This document shows, one piece after another, positions 46,226-61,158 of a DNA stretch of 64,000 nt. The stretch's first letter is position 1. Each line of letters opens with the position of its first letter. Position numbers and translations under genes: made by a program. The stretch comes from the human T2T-CHM13v2.0 reference genome, Homo sapiens. Under the pieces are notes generated by a model. It was not told the DNA's origin. It was given only the letters and a program-made list of their open reading frames with translations, and made no database searches. The stretch lies in the NCBI RefSeq assembly GCF_009914755.1, contig NC_060947.1, one strand, 5' to 3'.

Positions 46226-47624
46226 CCTCTCCACTCCCTAACCTTTTCTTTTCTCTCTCTTGCCCCTATTTCCCATCTTCTCCATTTCTTTCTCCTATCC
46301 TTCCTCCCTAAATAGTTCCCTCTCTAAAGCTATTTACCAAATTTGGCTTTTTGAGACTGGTATTATTTCCATGCATACCCTAAACACCACACTTCCTGCA
46401 GCCCTTTTTTCTTTCTCCCTGGTTCTTCTGCCTCCTCAATCACAGCCATCAGGACTGAACCACAGTAAGTCCCTTCCCCCTCCTCAACCCTTCTTTTTAG
46501 AAAGGGCTTCATATCCCTGGGAAAGGAAATAGAATATGAATTAACTAACACAGACCCTTAAGCTGAGGCCTTGTAAAAAAATGGGCCAGGTTCAAAAGAA
46601 GCAATTCTAATAAAGCAATAAAATGAACTTCTTTAGTCCCGCTAATACTTGTTGGCATTAGACATGGGAATTTGAGCACAGCTCCTCATGGGTGGGCCGA
46701 AAGTGCACCTGTAACACTAATCTAGGATGCTTAAATATCAGGTTCCCATTTACCAAGAAAAAAGGAGGGGGGAGTTTGTTAATACAAAAGCTTGAACATA
46801 GAACATTACCGCCTGAATGATTAAACCTATTTCAGAGGGCTGAAATCCTAATGACACCAATTTGTCAAAACATAAGAGTTTTAATGGGGAGCAGGAAGGG
46901 TAGGCAGTGGTATGCAACGTAGGAATCAACAACTGCGTACTTTAAAACAAAACATAAAAGCTCTATCTGGCTGAAATTCTCAGAATCACTATGGGAAATT
47001 AGGTGTAATTGACTGATGTGATATCATGTAATAGAAATAGGACTGAGTGCTCAGTATCCTCACAGTTAAAACAAGTAAATAAAATGAGTTGGCAGTGCAT
47101 AAAATGCTTATGGTGTGTAACAGTTCATGTAAATTGTCTACATCCTTGATTTAAACATTTTTGTAAACATAAATTTCTATGCTAGAAAGTTACAGATGGA
47201 AGAGAAGATGAAACAATAAAATAGAAAGGGCACGTAAAAAGGGAAGGGAAGGACAGATGGAAAAGAGAGGGAGGGGAGAAGGGGACAAAAGAAAAAGAAG
47301 AGGGGAAAGGAGGTACAAAAATAGAGTAAAAATAAATTTAAATGGGAAAATAAGAAAACAGGAGAGAGGGAGATAAGACGCAAATATTTGAGTGACTACG
47401 TCTCCATTTTCATAAAATCATCAAAGAAGTGAGAAACTACAGGGTTGTTTTTCGAATTTTGATCACAACAAATCCTTGTAATAGTGCTGATAAATTAGAC
47501 TGGGTGAAAAGGGAGAGAAGTGTGAGTCCTGATGAGTTCTTGGTCCAGTCATCTCTTCCAGGACCCGTTCATCTCTTTCCAGGTACACTTGCTCTGAGTA
47601 GAGGGGCTAGGCAAGTACACCAGC

Positions 47625-48130
47625 ACTGCTACTCGAATGCTCACAGCAACTTTATTACAATAGCCTTAAACTGGAAACATCTCAAATGCCCATCAACTGA
47701 GGAAAGAATAAATTGTATTACATTCAAACTACAGAATACTACTTAGCAAGAGAGAAAGAGGAGAGAGAGAGAGAGAGAGAGAGAACAAACTACTGATACA
47801 TACAAGGACTTCAATGAATCTGAAAGAAATACTATGTTAAGTGAAGGGAGCCAGATCCAAAAGCTTATATATTGTATAATTCCATTTATGTGGCATTTTA
47901 AAAACGGGAAACTATAGGTAGGAGAACACACTGGTGATTGCCACTGGTCAGGGTTAGAAGTACACAATTTCTGCAAAGGGAAATGAGGCAACTTTTGGAG
48001 GAAAAGGAAATCTTCTTTTTCTTGATTCTGGTGGTGGTTATATGTCTATGTGTGTTTGTCACAACTCAGAACTGTATGCTTACAATTGGTGAATTCTAAA
48101 TTATACATCAATAATGCCAATAAAAACAAA
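47625..48130 (+). mobile_element. Old L1 (L1ME-like) 3' end with (GA)n
   Basis: aactggaaacatctcaaatgcccatcaac...tatgttaagtgaagggagccaga. Confidence 0.82.
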
Positions 48131-48529
48131 TAAACAAGCAAAAACAAATGTCCTAGGTCAATATGCTACTAGTGGTGTTGCCCTTACTTCTTTCCCCTCT
48201 CCAGGATGTGTGTAGAAAGAAGATATCTAGGGGCCCAAAATAGAGATTGGAGATTTAAGGATGCTTGTTCACAGAATTCTTCATTGTCTTATTAATCAAG
48301 TTGAGATTTCTTACTCTAACATTCAAGGTCCTCCATAATGTACCCCACTCTGCCTCTCCAACCTTGACTGCCAACATTCTTACATGCATCTTCTTGACTA
48401 TTATCAGGCAGTTCTGCTCATTTCATACAACATGCCCTTCCTGCCTACTTTCCTATAATACACATACTATGTTTATTTCAATCAATTTGCCTTGGTTGAT
48501 GCTGGTTTCCCTCCATGTTCTGGCATGTC

Positions 48530-49400
48530 TTACCCTTATTTATTCAACAATTTATTGAATGCCTACTATGTGCTAAGTAAAGTGCTAGTAACTGAATATA
48601 CATTAAAAAGTCTGTCTAAACAAATTCGCTAAAGTCTCTGCCTTCACAGAACTCACAGGCAATTAAGCAGGTCATTACACTGTAGTTTGGAAAGGGCCAT
48701 ACGATAGCGGAAAATACAGGATATTAATAGTCTGGACAAAAGGAAGCCATGCAGACTTGGAAAGATAATCAGGACTTGATTCTCGAAGGAAATAACATCT
48801 AAGAAGAGACTTGAAAGATACTTTGGGATGCTCTGGGCACAGTCGGGAGAGTACTCCATGTAGAAAGAGCTACAAGGCAGAAAGGTCTGAAGGTAAGTGA
48901 GAGTATGGGAAGAAATTTCAGCATTTAAAATAATTTAAGTACATCATGAACATAGAAGATAAAACAAACAAGACAATGATAGTGGATAGAGATGCTTGAG
49001 CCAGGTTACAAATGGCTTTTAACATCATATCAAGGAGTGTGAAATGGAAGAGTGGTATCCTCATGTTGGAGTTGAGAAAGATTATTCAATCTACAGTGTG
49101 GAGAATGAATAGAATAAGGAGAGGCAGGGAGACAAGTTAGTAGATGAGGCATTTTTCTAAGCAACATTGACTACAGTGGTGGCAGGTGTAATAGAAAATA
49201 TATATTTAAGAGATGGGAGTAAAATTGGCATTATCTATCCATAGATTTGATAGTTTCAGTAGAAGAAATAAGGTGGTATCAAGGATGACTCTCAAGTTTC
49301 TGTTTGGAAACTTGATGCATAGTGGTACCATTCGCTAAGTTGGGGACACAAGAAAGAGAAGCAGATGATAAATACAAATTCACTCTTGGACGTATCAGCT
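48530..49400 (-). mobile_element. L2 LINE
   Basis: atttattcaacaatttattgaatgcctactatgtgc...tcaaggatgactctcaagtttct. Confidence 0.8.
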
Positions 49401-49879
49401 CATGTTTTTTACCCTTGACCACTCTTGTTCACATCAACCTCCCCTATGGGAAATCCTAGAGCCTGGGCCGTTCCCTTGAGCCTTTGTGTTTGTACAGACT
49501 CCTGAAGGAGAATGGAAATCCTTGGGGACAGGGTTTCTGTCTGAGACTTCTATCACCTCACAGGCCCTATCCAGTGCTAAGCATAGAATGAGTTGTCAAA
49601 AACACTTACTAATCAATTGAGCCCTGTCACGGGGCAATAAAATGTGATGTGCAGGTGGGCTTGTGTCATACCCACTACTGAAAATGGTTAGCGATAAAGA
49701 AGAGTTTCAGTACAAAAACCAAAGAAACATAGCAGGGAAGGTTTAAGAAGTGCCTCAGTTTACCCAATTAGAAAACAATTTCATATTAAATCCAACAGAG
49801 TTACTTAATATTTAAATAAGAACTGTTGATAGATTATTTTGTAAAAGAGACAATCCTCTGGTGATCTTAAGAATCATAC

Positions 49880-50640
49880 CCTTTGAGAATCTTCAAGTTG
49901 GAAGAATTCTGCAAGGTTTACTAGTCCAACCCCCAGTTGTTACCACAATTCCTTCTATAATATCCTTGCCTGTGGTCATCTAGCTGGTACTTATATACCA
50001 TTAATGAAAGAGAACTCATTATGTTCAAACTCAACCCATTCCATCTTCAGATAGCTCTGACTGAGTGTTCTTGTTTATAATTAACCTAATTATGTCTCCA
50101 AAATGAAAGTTTCATTTATGTATTATTCATATGTTTCAATGCAGAGCTTATAAACCTTTTAGTTTTCCGTTCTTTAGGTCAGCTCTTACCAGTTTCTTCA
50201 GCTATTCCTTATATGGTATGGTTTTGCATTCCTTACCCCCCCTGGTCACACATCCGGGTATGTGGCAGTTTATTCATAACTTTCATGTATTCTGGCCCCA
50301 GAAATGAGCAAAGTACTGTATTCCAGGTGTCATCTTGAAAGGACAGAGAGCAGCAGGGTTATTGCCTCCCTCATTTTGGAAATTTTTCTCCTGTAAATAT
50401 AATCTAAACAGATAGCAGCTTTTTTATCTATGGCTAATTGTGGATACCTATTGAATGAGTGTTAACTTCAAACTGTCTTTTACATACACTGCTGCTAAGC
50501 TATGATCTGTGGGAATCAAGTAAAAATCTCAAAGTGCAGTTTAAGTTCCCTCTCTTCCCATTTATTTTATCAAATTTTAAAGTGAAAATTAATAGATTAC
50601 ATCTCTCCTCACTGAGGTTCATTTGCCTTTTTCTGTTGGG
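49880..50640 (-). mobile_element. L3/CR1 fragment
   Basis: ctagtccaacccc...tggtcatctagc...cagagagcagcagggttattgcctccctc. Confidence 0.7.
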
Positions 50641-50688
50641 TACATGAAGATTTTATGTAACAATGATTCTTATATTTATCTTGGAGCT

Positions 50689-51047
50689 TGCTATGGAGTG
50701 AAAATTTTTGTCTCACTAAAATTCATAGGTTGAAACCCCCAATGTGACTGTATTTTGAGATAGGGCCATTATGGGAGGTAATTAAGGTTAAATGAGGTCA
50801 TAAGGGTGGGGTCCTGATCCAGTAAGATTTGCATTCTTATACGAAGAGACACACTCTCTCACCCTGCAACATAATAGTGAAAAGGCAGCTGTCTGCAAGC
50901 CAGGAAGAGAGCCCTTGCCAGAAACTGACCATGCCAGCACCTTGATCTTAGACTTCTAGCCTCCAGAATTGTGAGAAAACAAATTCCTGTTGTTTAAGCC
51001 ATCTAGTCTGTGGTATTTAGTTATGGCAGCCTGAGCAAATGAATACA
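50689..51047 (+). mobile_element. MLT1A-like MaLR solo LTR
   Basis: TG...CA ends; gaggtaattaaggttaaatgaggtcataagggtggg; 5-bp TSD gagct/gagca. Confidence 0.92.
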
Positions 51048-51249
51048 GAGCACCAGCTTAGCACAGGGCTTGACATGTTACCAGAGTTTAATGGAAGTCT
51101 GGCTATTTAATTGAAAGATGGACATTGTCTACAAACAGTAAAAAGTGAAAATTACTTTACTCATACTTATCGTGCTTTGACTTTTGGCATCTGCAGTAAT
51201 ATGGGACCCTATTATTGGTCATATGAAAGCCAGTTTGGGATCCTGAAAT

Positions 51250-52570
51250 CACACCCAAAAGATCACTGACTACCTTGCTTCACCTTTGAAGGACAATTTC
51301 ACTGGATATAAAATTATATATTGGTAGAAATTTCTTTAAACAGTATGAAGATTTCACTTCACTCTCTTCTCACTTGTATGGATTCTGACAAGTCTACTAT
51401 AAGCCTTACATTTTCTTCATCTATAGATAAGGTGTTTTGCCTCCCTGCACTTTGTCTTCACTCAAGATTTTCTCTTTGCATTTGATTTTTGCAGTCTGAA
51501 TCAAAATGCCCAGGGGTGTGTGTGTGTGTGTGTTCGGTACTTATCTTTCTTGGTGTTCTCTGAACTTACTGGATTTGTAGTTTGGTATCTGTCACTAATT
51601 TGTGATGTTCTTGGTCATTTAATGCTTCAAAAATGTCTTATGCTATCTTTTCTCTTTCTTCTCTTTCTGGGATTCTAACTAGATTTTTTACCTCCTTTGA
51701 TATTATCTTATAGTTATTGTATATTTTGTTCTTTTTCTCCCCTCCTCCTGTCAGAGCCACTGAAAGGATTTTCCTAATTCTCATTATGAGAATATTGTGC
51801 AATTCCTGGAGGAAAAGCCCACAAAAGTGTGGAGAGCCCCTCTATGATTTTCCCCCTCATAAACTTCTCACTCTCACACTAGTTCACATTTAATCTCCAG
51901 TAATTTTTCATAATTACTAGAGAATTAATTAAATAGTCATACTGTTTATGGTTTCCAGCAGGTCTTCATTAGATAAGCAGATATGAATGCGCCTATCTCT
52001 CCAGCTTTTGAGATGTTGGGTTGTTCTGCCATCTCAATTCTCTGAGGCTAAGAAAAGTCATCAGTTTTCTATTTACTGTCCAGCATTTTTTCATTGTAAG
52101 GATGCGAATGGCAACTTTCAAGCTCCTTACATGTTAGGGGTGAAAGTGGAAGTCCCCTTTATTTTTTTAATTAAGAGAAAAAAGTTTTTTGTATTTGCTA
52201 AGATCTCTACCCTTTTCAATAATCTTCATTTATTCCAAAATATCTGAGTTTCTAACTGGTATTATTTCTACTCTGCCCGAAGAAATTCCCTCAGTAGTTA
52301 TTGTAGCGTAGGTCTGCTGGTGACTAATGTTATTACGGTACTGATGGATGGAAATATTTTCTATTTTGCCTTCATTCTTGAGAACTATTTTTGCTCAATG
52401 TGGAATTCTTGGATGAGTGTTTGCTTCTGTGTTTTAGTTCTTTAAGATGTCATTCATTCCACTGTCTTCTGGTCTCCATAGCTTCTGATTAGAAGTCCAT
52501 GGACATTTGAATTGTTGTCCATCTGTATGTAAATTGTCATTTTTCTCTGGCGACTTTCAAAATATTTCTT
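51250..52570 (-). mobile_element. Old L1 5'/ORF1-region fragments, antisense
   Basis: ttgaaggacaatttcactggatataaaatt; ttcattcttgagaactatttttgctc; cattccactgtcttctgg. Confidence 0.8.
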
Positions 52571-53018
52571 CATAAAAAGCACCCAAATTTGAAAGGAAGA
52601 AGTAAAACTATCTCTAGCCACAGAAAATGTAATCTCATATACAGAAAATATAAAAAGGAAATATTAAAAATCTACTAAAAGCTATTAGAGCTAATGAACA
52701 AATTAAGATTAACACATGCAAGTTCAACACATAAAATTTGATGTATTTCTATATCCTTTCATCGAACACTATGAAAAATAAATTAAGGAAACTTTCTATT
52801 TATGATACAACAAAAAGAATAAAATACTTTGAAGTAAATTTAACTGGGTAATTTATAAAGGATGTAATAAACTGGGTAATTTATAAAGTCTTGTGCTAAG
52901 AAGTACAAGATTTATACAGTGAGAACTACAAAACATTGTTAAAAAATTAAAGAAAACTTTTAAATACATGGAAAGACATCCTGTGTTCATGGATTGGAAA
53001 ACAATATTTAAAGATGAC

Positions 53019-53457
53019 CGCTATGGTTTTTGTGTGTCCCCCAGAATTCATGTGTTGGAAATTTGGTCCCCAGTGTGATGTTGTTGGAAGGTTGAGCCTT
53101 TAAGGGGTGATTAGTTTGTAAAGAGGGAGTAAGGTTGCTCTCATGGGAGTGGTTTAATTCTCACAGGGATCAGTGAGTTCCTGCTCTCACAGAATTGGAT
53201 TAGTTACAGCAAGAGCAGATTGTTATAAAGTGAGGCTGTCTCTTGTGTTTTGTTTCTTTTGCAGGCACCCACTTCCCCTTTCAGTTCTCTGTCATGTTAT
53301 GATGCAGTAGGATGCCCTCACCAAAAACCAACCAGATATGGTCACTTGATGTCAGACTTCCTACCCTTCAGAACCATGAGCCAAAATAAAATTCTTTTAA
53401 AAAAATAATAACCCCCCTCAGGTATTCTGTCATAGTAACAAAAAATGGACTAAAACA
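53019..53457 (+). mobile_element. MST-family MaLR solo LTR nested in L1
   Basis: gctatggttt...tcaggtattctgtcatagtaaca...ggactaaaaca; TSD atgac/atgaa. Confidence 0.9.
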
Positions 53458-53824
53458 ATGAAAATACTATTCAAAGTGATCAACAGACACAACACAATCC
53501 CTACCACAATCCCAATGACTTTTTTTTCTTACAGAAAATGAAAAATGCATCCTAAAATTGATGTAAAATCTCAAGGAATACTGAACAGCCTAAAGACTTT
53601 TAAAATACAAGAAAAAAAGTTAGCTCACACTTTTTGGTTTTAAAACCCTCTTCAAAGCTATAGTAATCAAAATAACATAATTCTAAGGACAGATACATAG
53701 ATTAATGGAATAGAATTGAGGCTCCAAAACTATATGCATACACTTATGGCCAATTGATTTTCAGCAGGTGTGCCAAGACTATTGAATGAGGGAAAGAGTA
53801 GTTTCATCAACAAATGATGCTGGG

Positions 53825-54064
53825 TGTTCTCTCTCATAGGTGGGAAGTGAACAATGAGAACACATGGACACAGGAAGGGGAACATCACACTCTGGGGACT
53901 GTTGTGGGGTGGTGGGAGTGGGGAGGGATAGCATTAGGAGATATACCTAATGCTAAATGACGAGTTAATGGGTGCAGCACACCAACATGGCACATGTATA
54001 CATATGTAACAAACCTGCACATTGTGCACATGTACCCTAAAACTTAAAGTATAATAATAAAAAA
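53825..54064 (+). mobile_element. 5'-truncated young L1PA 3' end; TSD aaatgatgctggg
   Basis: ggagatatacctaatgctaaatgacgagttaatggg...aacttaaagtataataataaaa. Direct repeats at 53812-53824 and 54065-54077. Confidence 0.96.
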
Positions 54065-55633
54065 AAATGATGCTGGGACAACTGGATATCCATATGCAAT
54101 AGAATGTTTTATAGATATTGTCTAATCGATGGTAAAATTTATATGGAAATGAAAGGACCTAGAAAATTCAAAGCGATTTCAAGAAAAGAACAAAGTCAGG
54201 GGACTTACATAACCCAGTATCGAAACTTACTACTAAGCCATAGTAATCAAGAGAGTGTGTTGTTGGCACAAGGACAGGCATTTAGACCAACGGAAGCAAA
54301 TTAAATTTTCAGAAACAAATTCTCACATATACCTCTTCAACAAAGATCCCAAGACAATTTGACAAGGAAAAGGGTAGATTTTTCAATAACAGATATTGTG
54401 ACAATTATATACCCCAATACAAACAAAATGAAAAAAAAAACCTTACATACTTACCTCACATCATACAAAAAAATTAACTCAAGGGCATGCTAGTCCTAAA
54501 TTTAAGAGCTAAAACTACAACATTTTTAGAATGAAGCATAAGAGAAAATCTTTCTATTTTGGGGTAAGGCTATGATTTCTTTGATACAACGCCAAAGACA
54601 TGGAAAAAATAATTTGTGAATTTGCATTTTATTAAAATCGGCATTTGAACACCAAAAACCATTATTAAGAAAATGAAAAAACAAACCAGAACTGGAGGAA
54701 AATATTTGCAAATTGTACATCCACTAAATCTTTTTATCCAGAATTTATGAAAACTATAATATCTCAGTAATAAGAATACAAACGACACAATTGACCACTT
54801 AAAGATTTAAATAGAAAACTCACTGAAGAAAATAACCAAAGGGCTAGTAAGCACATAAAAAGATACTAAATATCATTAATCATCATGGAAATGCAAATTA
54901 AAGCCATGATAAAATACCAGTATACACCCTCTGGAATGTCTACCATCAAAAAAACCCAGACTATACCAATTGTTGGCATAGATGTGGAAGACAGTGTGGA
55001 AGTTTCTGTAAAGTTTACTGTAAAGTTATCATGTGACCGAACAATTCCACTCACAAAAATCTACCCAAGCGAAATAAAAACATATGTTCAGACAAAGACA
55101 TATACAGCAATGTTCATAACATTGTTCATAATAGCTCCAAACTGGCAACATGGCAAGTGCCTATCAAGTGATGAATGGACAAAAGCAATGTAGTTTATCC
55201 ACACATGAAAATGCTTTTTGGCAACTTAAAAACAAGCCACTGATATGTACTATAATAGGGATAAACCTCAATAACATTATGCTAAATGAAAGAAGCAAGA
55301 CACAAAAGCTGCAGATGTATTATTCCATTCAACTAGAATATTTAATAAAAAGGTAAAATTTTTACAAACAGAAGGCTGGTCAGTGGCTGTCTAGAGCTTT
55401 GGGTAAGCGCTAAGATTAACATTAAACAAACACAAGAAAACGTCTTAGAGAGATGAAAATACTTTAAAACTGAACAGTAGAGATGGCAGGATAACTCTAA
55501 ATCTAATAAAATAATTGAATTGTTACACTTAAACAATGGGTGAATTTTATAGTTTGTAAATTAAATCTCAATAAAACTGTAAAAAGAAAGCTAAAAAGAG
55601 GATATTATGAATAAATTTATGCCAACAAATTCA

Positions 55634-56081
<448 letters not shown>

Positions 56082-56281
56082 CTATTTTAAAGATAAAAAC
56101 AAAAGTAACGACCTAAACACTGTAATCTAGTTAATAAACATATTTCTTTTATTGGCATGATTTAGCAATTCTGAAACTACACTATACATGTACTAGGGTT
56201 GAAAAAATAAGCAAGTATATTATAAATGGTAAGAGCCAAGTTCCTCTATCAGAGAAAGAAGTAACAAATAAGCAGTTCAAG

Positions 56282-56790
56282 TGTATTAGCTTTTTATTGC
56301 TGCTACAACAAATTACATAAACTTAGTGGCTTCAAATAATGCATTTTGTTTTATAGTTCTATAGGGCTAGAATTCCAACATGGTTCTCAATGGGCTAAAA
56401 TTAAAGTGTCAGCACAATGCATTCCATTCTGGCGGCTTTAAGGGATAATCTGTTTCCATGCCTTTCCCCGATTTTAGAGACCGCTCATATTCATTGGCTT
56501 ATGGCACCCTTTCTTTCTCTTCAAAGCCAGCAATGTTTTATCTCTCTGTGTCTTTCTTGCATAGTAGCTGACTCCCTGTTTGGCCCTCGTCATCTACTAT
56601 TAAGGACGCCCTTGTGATACATTGGGTCCATCCAGACAACCCAGAATAATCTCCATATTTTATGGTCAGCTGATTAGAAACAATTCCACCTGCAATCTTA
56701 ATTTCTTTTTGCCAGGTAAGGTAACACATTCACAGGTTTCAGGGATTAGGATGTGAACATCTTTTGAGGACCATTATTCTGCCTACTACT
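56282..56790 (-). mobile_element. MLT1C/D-like MaLR solo LTR
   Basis: tgtattagc...aacaaattacataaacttagtggctt...cattcacaggtttcagggattagg...ccattattctgcctact. Confidence 0.9.
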
Positions 56791-59070
56791 GGAGGAATAA
56801 TAGAATAAACCCTGTATTATTGGATTAAAGTCAGAGATAGCAGTGTAAACTCAAGTTTGTTTTAATATATACACAAGTAGATACAAAATAAAGTATAGAT
56901 AAGTGTATATATATACATAGATTTCCTAGCTCTTAGCACATAGAAGTAGTAACACCTCAGTAGTAACAAGCAAACTTAGTTCCAGATCTTGGTTTCTAAA
57001 CACTATCCTCTAATAAAAGCAGTTAGGGTTTCTTGGAGAAATGGATGATTTTAGGGCTGATACAAAAGAGACATGGATTAACTTACAGTGGCTGAAAGTG
57101 CTCAAAAATGACAACCACAACCAAAAGGATAAGATGATGTCAAAAGGTTATAGTACCCAAGCTGAAAGAATCCTCAATGGTCAAACCTGAACAAATTGGA
57201 ACGACAAATTAAATGATGATAGTATTGTATTTTAAATCAAAGGATAAATGAGTCCATACTGATATACATAAATAATTGAATAAATGAATGGGGGAATAAA
57301 AAATGATTCTCACTTATAGAAGAATTCCAGTTAATAATGGTAGGAGAAATGAGAGAAATAGAAAATCATAATTAGAATAGCAACATAATAATCTGCAGGC
57401 AAGCTCTGTTAATAAATGCTAAAATTAGTAGGTGAAATTTTAAGGAGACATAGGATATTTCCATCTCCCTCCCAAATATTATGTATTTCTGTGGTTTTAA
57501 AAGATATGTTAATAAACTCTTTTGTACTTCTTCTAGGAAGTGGAGTTAAATTCTTCTCTGTATAACTGTAGGCTAGACTTAGTGACTTGCTTCTAATGGA
57601 AAGACTATGAACTGTTACTGAGTATGTATTATGTATGTACTGAGCATATATATATACATATATATGTATGTACGTATGTATGTATGTATTACTGTGAAGA
57701 CTAGTTTCAAGTAAAAACACCTATAAAACACCACCTTGACCAAGTGGCCAAGGTTAACATCACGAGTAAAAAATCTTATTTCCTGATATTATATACTGAG
57801 AAGGGCACTTCCACCTCTGTGATATTCTTCTTCTTAACATATGACCCTGGTCTAATCTGGAGAAAACATAAAAGTTAAATTAAGGGAGATTCCATAAAAT
57901 TATTGACCAATACTCTTCAAAAGAGTCAAATTTGTGAAAGAAAAGGAAGACTGAGGACAGTCACAGATTGGCGGAGACTAAGGAGCAATGATAAAAACAA
58001 TGTGGCATCCTGGATTTGACACTGGGACAAAAAAAAAATCCATTAGTGGAAAAACTGGTAGAATCCTAATAAAGTCTGTAGTTTAGTAAAGAGTCATGTG
58101 CCAAGGTTAATTTTTGGTAAATGTAAGCATCATGGTTATGTAACATGTTAACAGTAGGGGAAACTGGGCGAAATTAGACTGAAACTCTCTGTAGTATTCT
58201 TACAATTCTTCTGTAAGTCTAAACTTATCTCTAATCTTTTTAAGGGGGAAAAATGTGAACAGACATTTTCACAAAGGCAAATACATGAACGGCCAGTACA
58301 CACAAAAAAGTATTCAATATCATTTTTATCAGAGAAAAGCAAATTAAAACCACAACAAGATATCAATACACACCCACCTGAGCACTGAAAATAAAGAAAA
58401 CTGTCAACACTAAGTGTGGGCAAGGATGTGGAGTGATCAAAATTTTCCTACACTGTGGGAGTATAAAATGGCACAACAACTTTGAAAAACGTTCTGGCAT
58501 TTCTTATAATACCAAATTATGACCAACTAATTACATGCCTTTATATTTAGTAAATAAAAAAATGTCAAAATAAAAAGTTGCACAGAAACATTCACAGAGG
58601 ATTTCATCATAATGGCAAAAACTGGGAAGCAGCCTAAATGTCTATTAATATGAGAATAGATAAACAAATTTTGGTATATTCATAAAATAATTGAATACTA
58701 TGCACAATATTAAGGAACAAACTAAGACTACTTGGAATATTATGGATGAATCTCAAAAACATTATTTTCTGTGAAAGAAACCTCATATATAAACATACTT
58801 ACTGTCTTATTATGAGGTTTCAGAACAGATAAGACTGATGTACTGTGGGAAAAAAATCAGAACATGTTTGCCTCTGGGGGTATGGGGCAAGAATTGACTG
58901 GGTTGGGGAAGGAGAGGACTCTGGGATGATAGTAGCAATCTATATTTTGAAAGGTATTTAGGACATACATATATGCATTTGTCTAAACTCTGCAAATGTG
59001 GATTTAATGCTTTTGCATTTTATTGTAGATAAATTTTACATCAAAAGAAAATCTATAAGCAACGATTTAA

Positions 59071-59136
59071 CTCTAGTTAATTATACGAATTCTCTAGTTA
59101 ATTATACGAATTCTCTAGTTAATTATACAAATTCTC
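59071..59136. repeat. 21-bp tandem repeat x3 (ctctagttaattatacgaatt)
   Basis: Three near-identical units with no spacers. Confidence 0.95.
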
Positions 59137-59844
59137 AAAGATTTAGTGAGGAGTATATTGATGTTTGCAATTCACTTTGAAATGCACCAAAAAACAAAAT
59201 GGATTCATGGATGGAGAGAAGGATGGTTGGACTGATAAATAATTGATAAAATAACTGCAGTAAAACGTTAATGGTAGAATTGAGGTTGTATACTTATAGT
59301 TGTTTATTTTAAGTTATTTTCAACTTTTTTGTGAAAGTTATTAAGATCTTTGTTTAAAAACTGGAAATAACATACTTATAAATTAACCATTTTAATTGAA
59401 CCAATCCATGGAGTATGAAAGAATGATTTTTTAAAAAGCAGAGTATGTTTTGGAAAAATTTGCATCAAAACAGATTAAAATTAAAATGTGGCACTTAAAA
59501 GCTGATCAAGATGGAATCAAGAAAACAGATAAGCCATGATGTATTTGCTAGCTGGGTGCCAAAGCCTTGGTGGTGGAGTGACTGGTGGGGAGAGGGCTTA
59601 AAGGTGGTAGAAACTTAAATAGTAGCTGTAGGCCTTATGGCTATTAGACAATATTCAGTTGTTACAGAACTACTGCTGTGTACAGTCCAGTTGACCTATC
59701 TTGAGGAAGAAATGCCTTCTTGGGCTAAAAACTGAATGGGTAGGATCAATGAGAGTGCTGAACTAGAAACAGATATTCAAGAGGCAGGAGTAGGACTGGA
59801 GTAGCAAACAAGACAGAAAAGGCTGTAGTTGGTTGCTATCACCA

Positions 59845-60487
59845 TCAGCATCTCTACATCGTGTCTCAGAGTCCTAAGAAGGCCATCAGAAGCATTGGGG
59901 TATATTTTGGTTGTCACAATGCTTGGGAGGTGCTATTGACATTAAGTGGATGGAGAACAGTGATGCTAGCTGTCCTGAATGTCTGGGATAATCGCATATA
60001 ATGAAGAGCTGTTCTCCTACACAGCTTTCAAATATTCCAGTGAGCTTTAATAATGTATGTGAGAAAACGGTTTATAGTTATCGAATTTTGTCTTAACAGT
60101 AGCTTTTATCCTACTGTTTCCTGTATCTCTCTCTGCCTTGTATGTTTTCCCATCTTTTATGTGATGCCTCCCAATCCTTTTACTTTTCTTAAATATGAAC
60201 TTATTCAGTATAAGTTGGTGCAATCATGTATTTCATTATGTTGTCTGATGGAGTCGTGCCCTTGCATTTATATATTGAAATACATATCATTTTATTGTAA
60301 ATTACTTTCCTTTCATTCCTCATTTATATTTCAGTTAGGTCACTGTATTGATTTTTTTGAAATTATGTATGTAGGTAAGTTATACTATCTATGTACTTCA
60401 TTTAAGGATAGTGAAGAGGGAGTCACAAAATATTTGTTATTAAGAGGGAGTATTAGGTCTCACAGGAATGAGAACTACTGATCTAGA
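59845..60487 (+). mobile_element. MER20B-like hAT-Charlie element
   Basis: attttggttgtcacaatgcttgggaggtgctattgacatt...tgagaactactgatctag. Confidence 0.75.
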
Positions 60488-61111
60488 GTTAAGAATGAAA
60501 GATAAACATGGATAATAAGTGAGGCTTTAGGTTGTTGAAATCCTGACTCATCATTACCATAGTAGGAGGAACAAATATTCAGTATGAGTGAGCCACTGGA
60601 GCAGAAAGTTTCTGCCTGAGAAAAATCATTACCAGTGTGTGTCAGGCCCTTTTCATCAGCATGTCATTTTATCTTCACAACAATCCTGTAATATATGTTC
60701 TATTATTATCCCCATTTTTCGGATGATAATTGGACCTCAGAAAGATGAAATCAGTCCTAAGTTCTCTTAGTCGCTGAGTGGCAGAACCTGGAGTGGAACT
60801 CAAGTCTATCTGATACCAAAGCCCCATGCTTTCTATTATCCTACTCAGCCTCTACAAAAGCAAGCTAGGGAAGAAAGTGCCAGATGTTCCCTTCCCTCTA
60901 CAGAAGCAGCAGCCTGTGAGGATCCATGAGTACTAATCTTTCAGCATGTATGGAGTGCTTCAAGCTGTGCTAGGAAATCAGAAAAAAAAATAACATAGAA
61001 GTCCCTTGCCCGCAATGAATTTCTTGTCTAACTGGATATGTAAGATGTATAAGTATAGTGTTAACTTAGAGGATAAAGAGAAAATGGTGATAGCTGAAGA
61101 AACAGCAAGGA

Positions 61112-61113
<2 letters not shown>

Positions 61114-61155
<42 letters not shown>
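61114..61155. repeat. (TG)n microsatellite
   Basis: Directly visible. Confidence 0.97.

Positions 61156-61158
<3 letters not shown>

Noticed and set aside
54104-55356. Several ORFs with L1 ORF2-like peptides
   Set aside because: Fragments of degenerate L1 copies with no intact frame.
59071-59136. Direct repeats as a possible CRISPR array
   Set aside because: No spacers, eukaryotic DNA; a simple tandem repeat.
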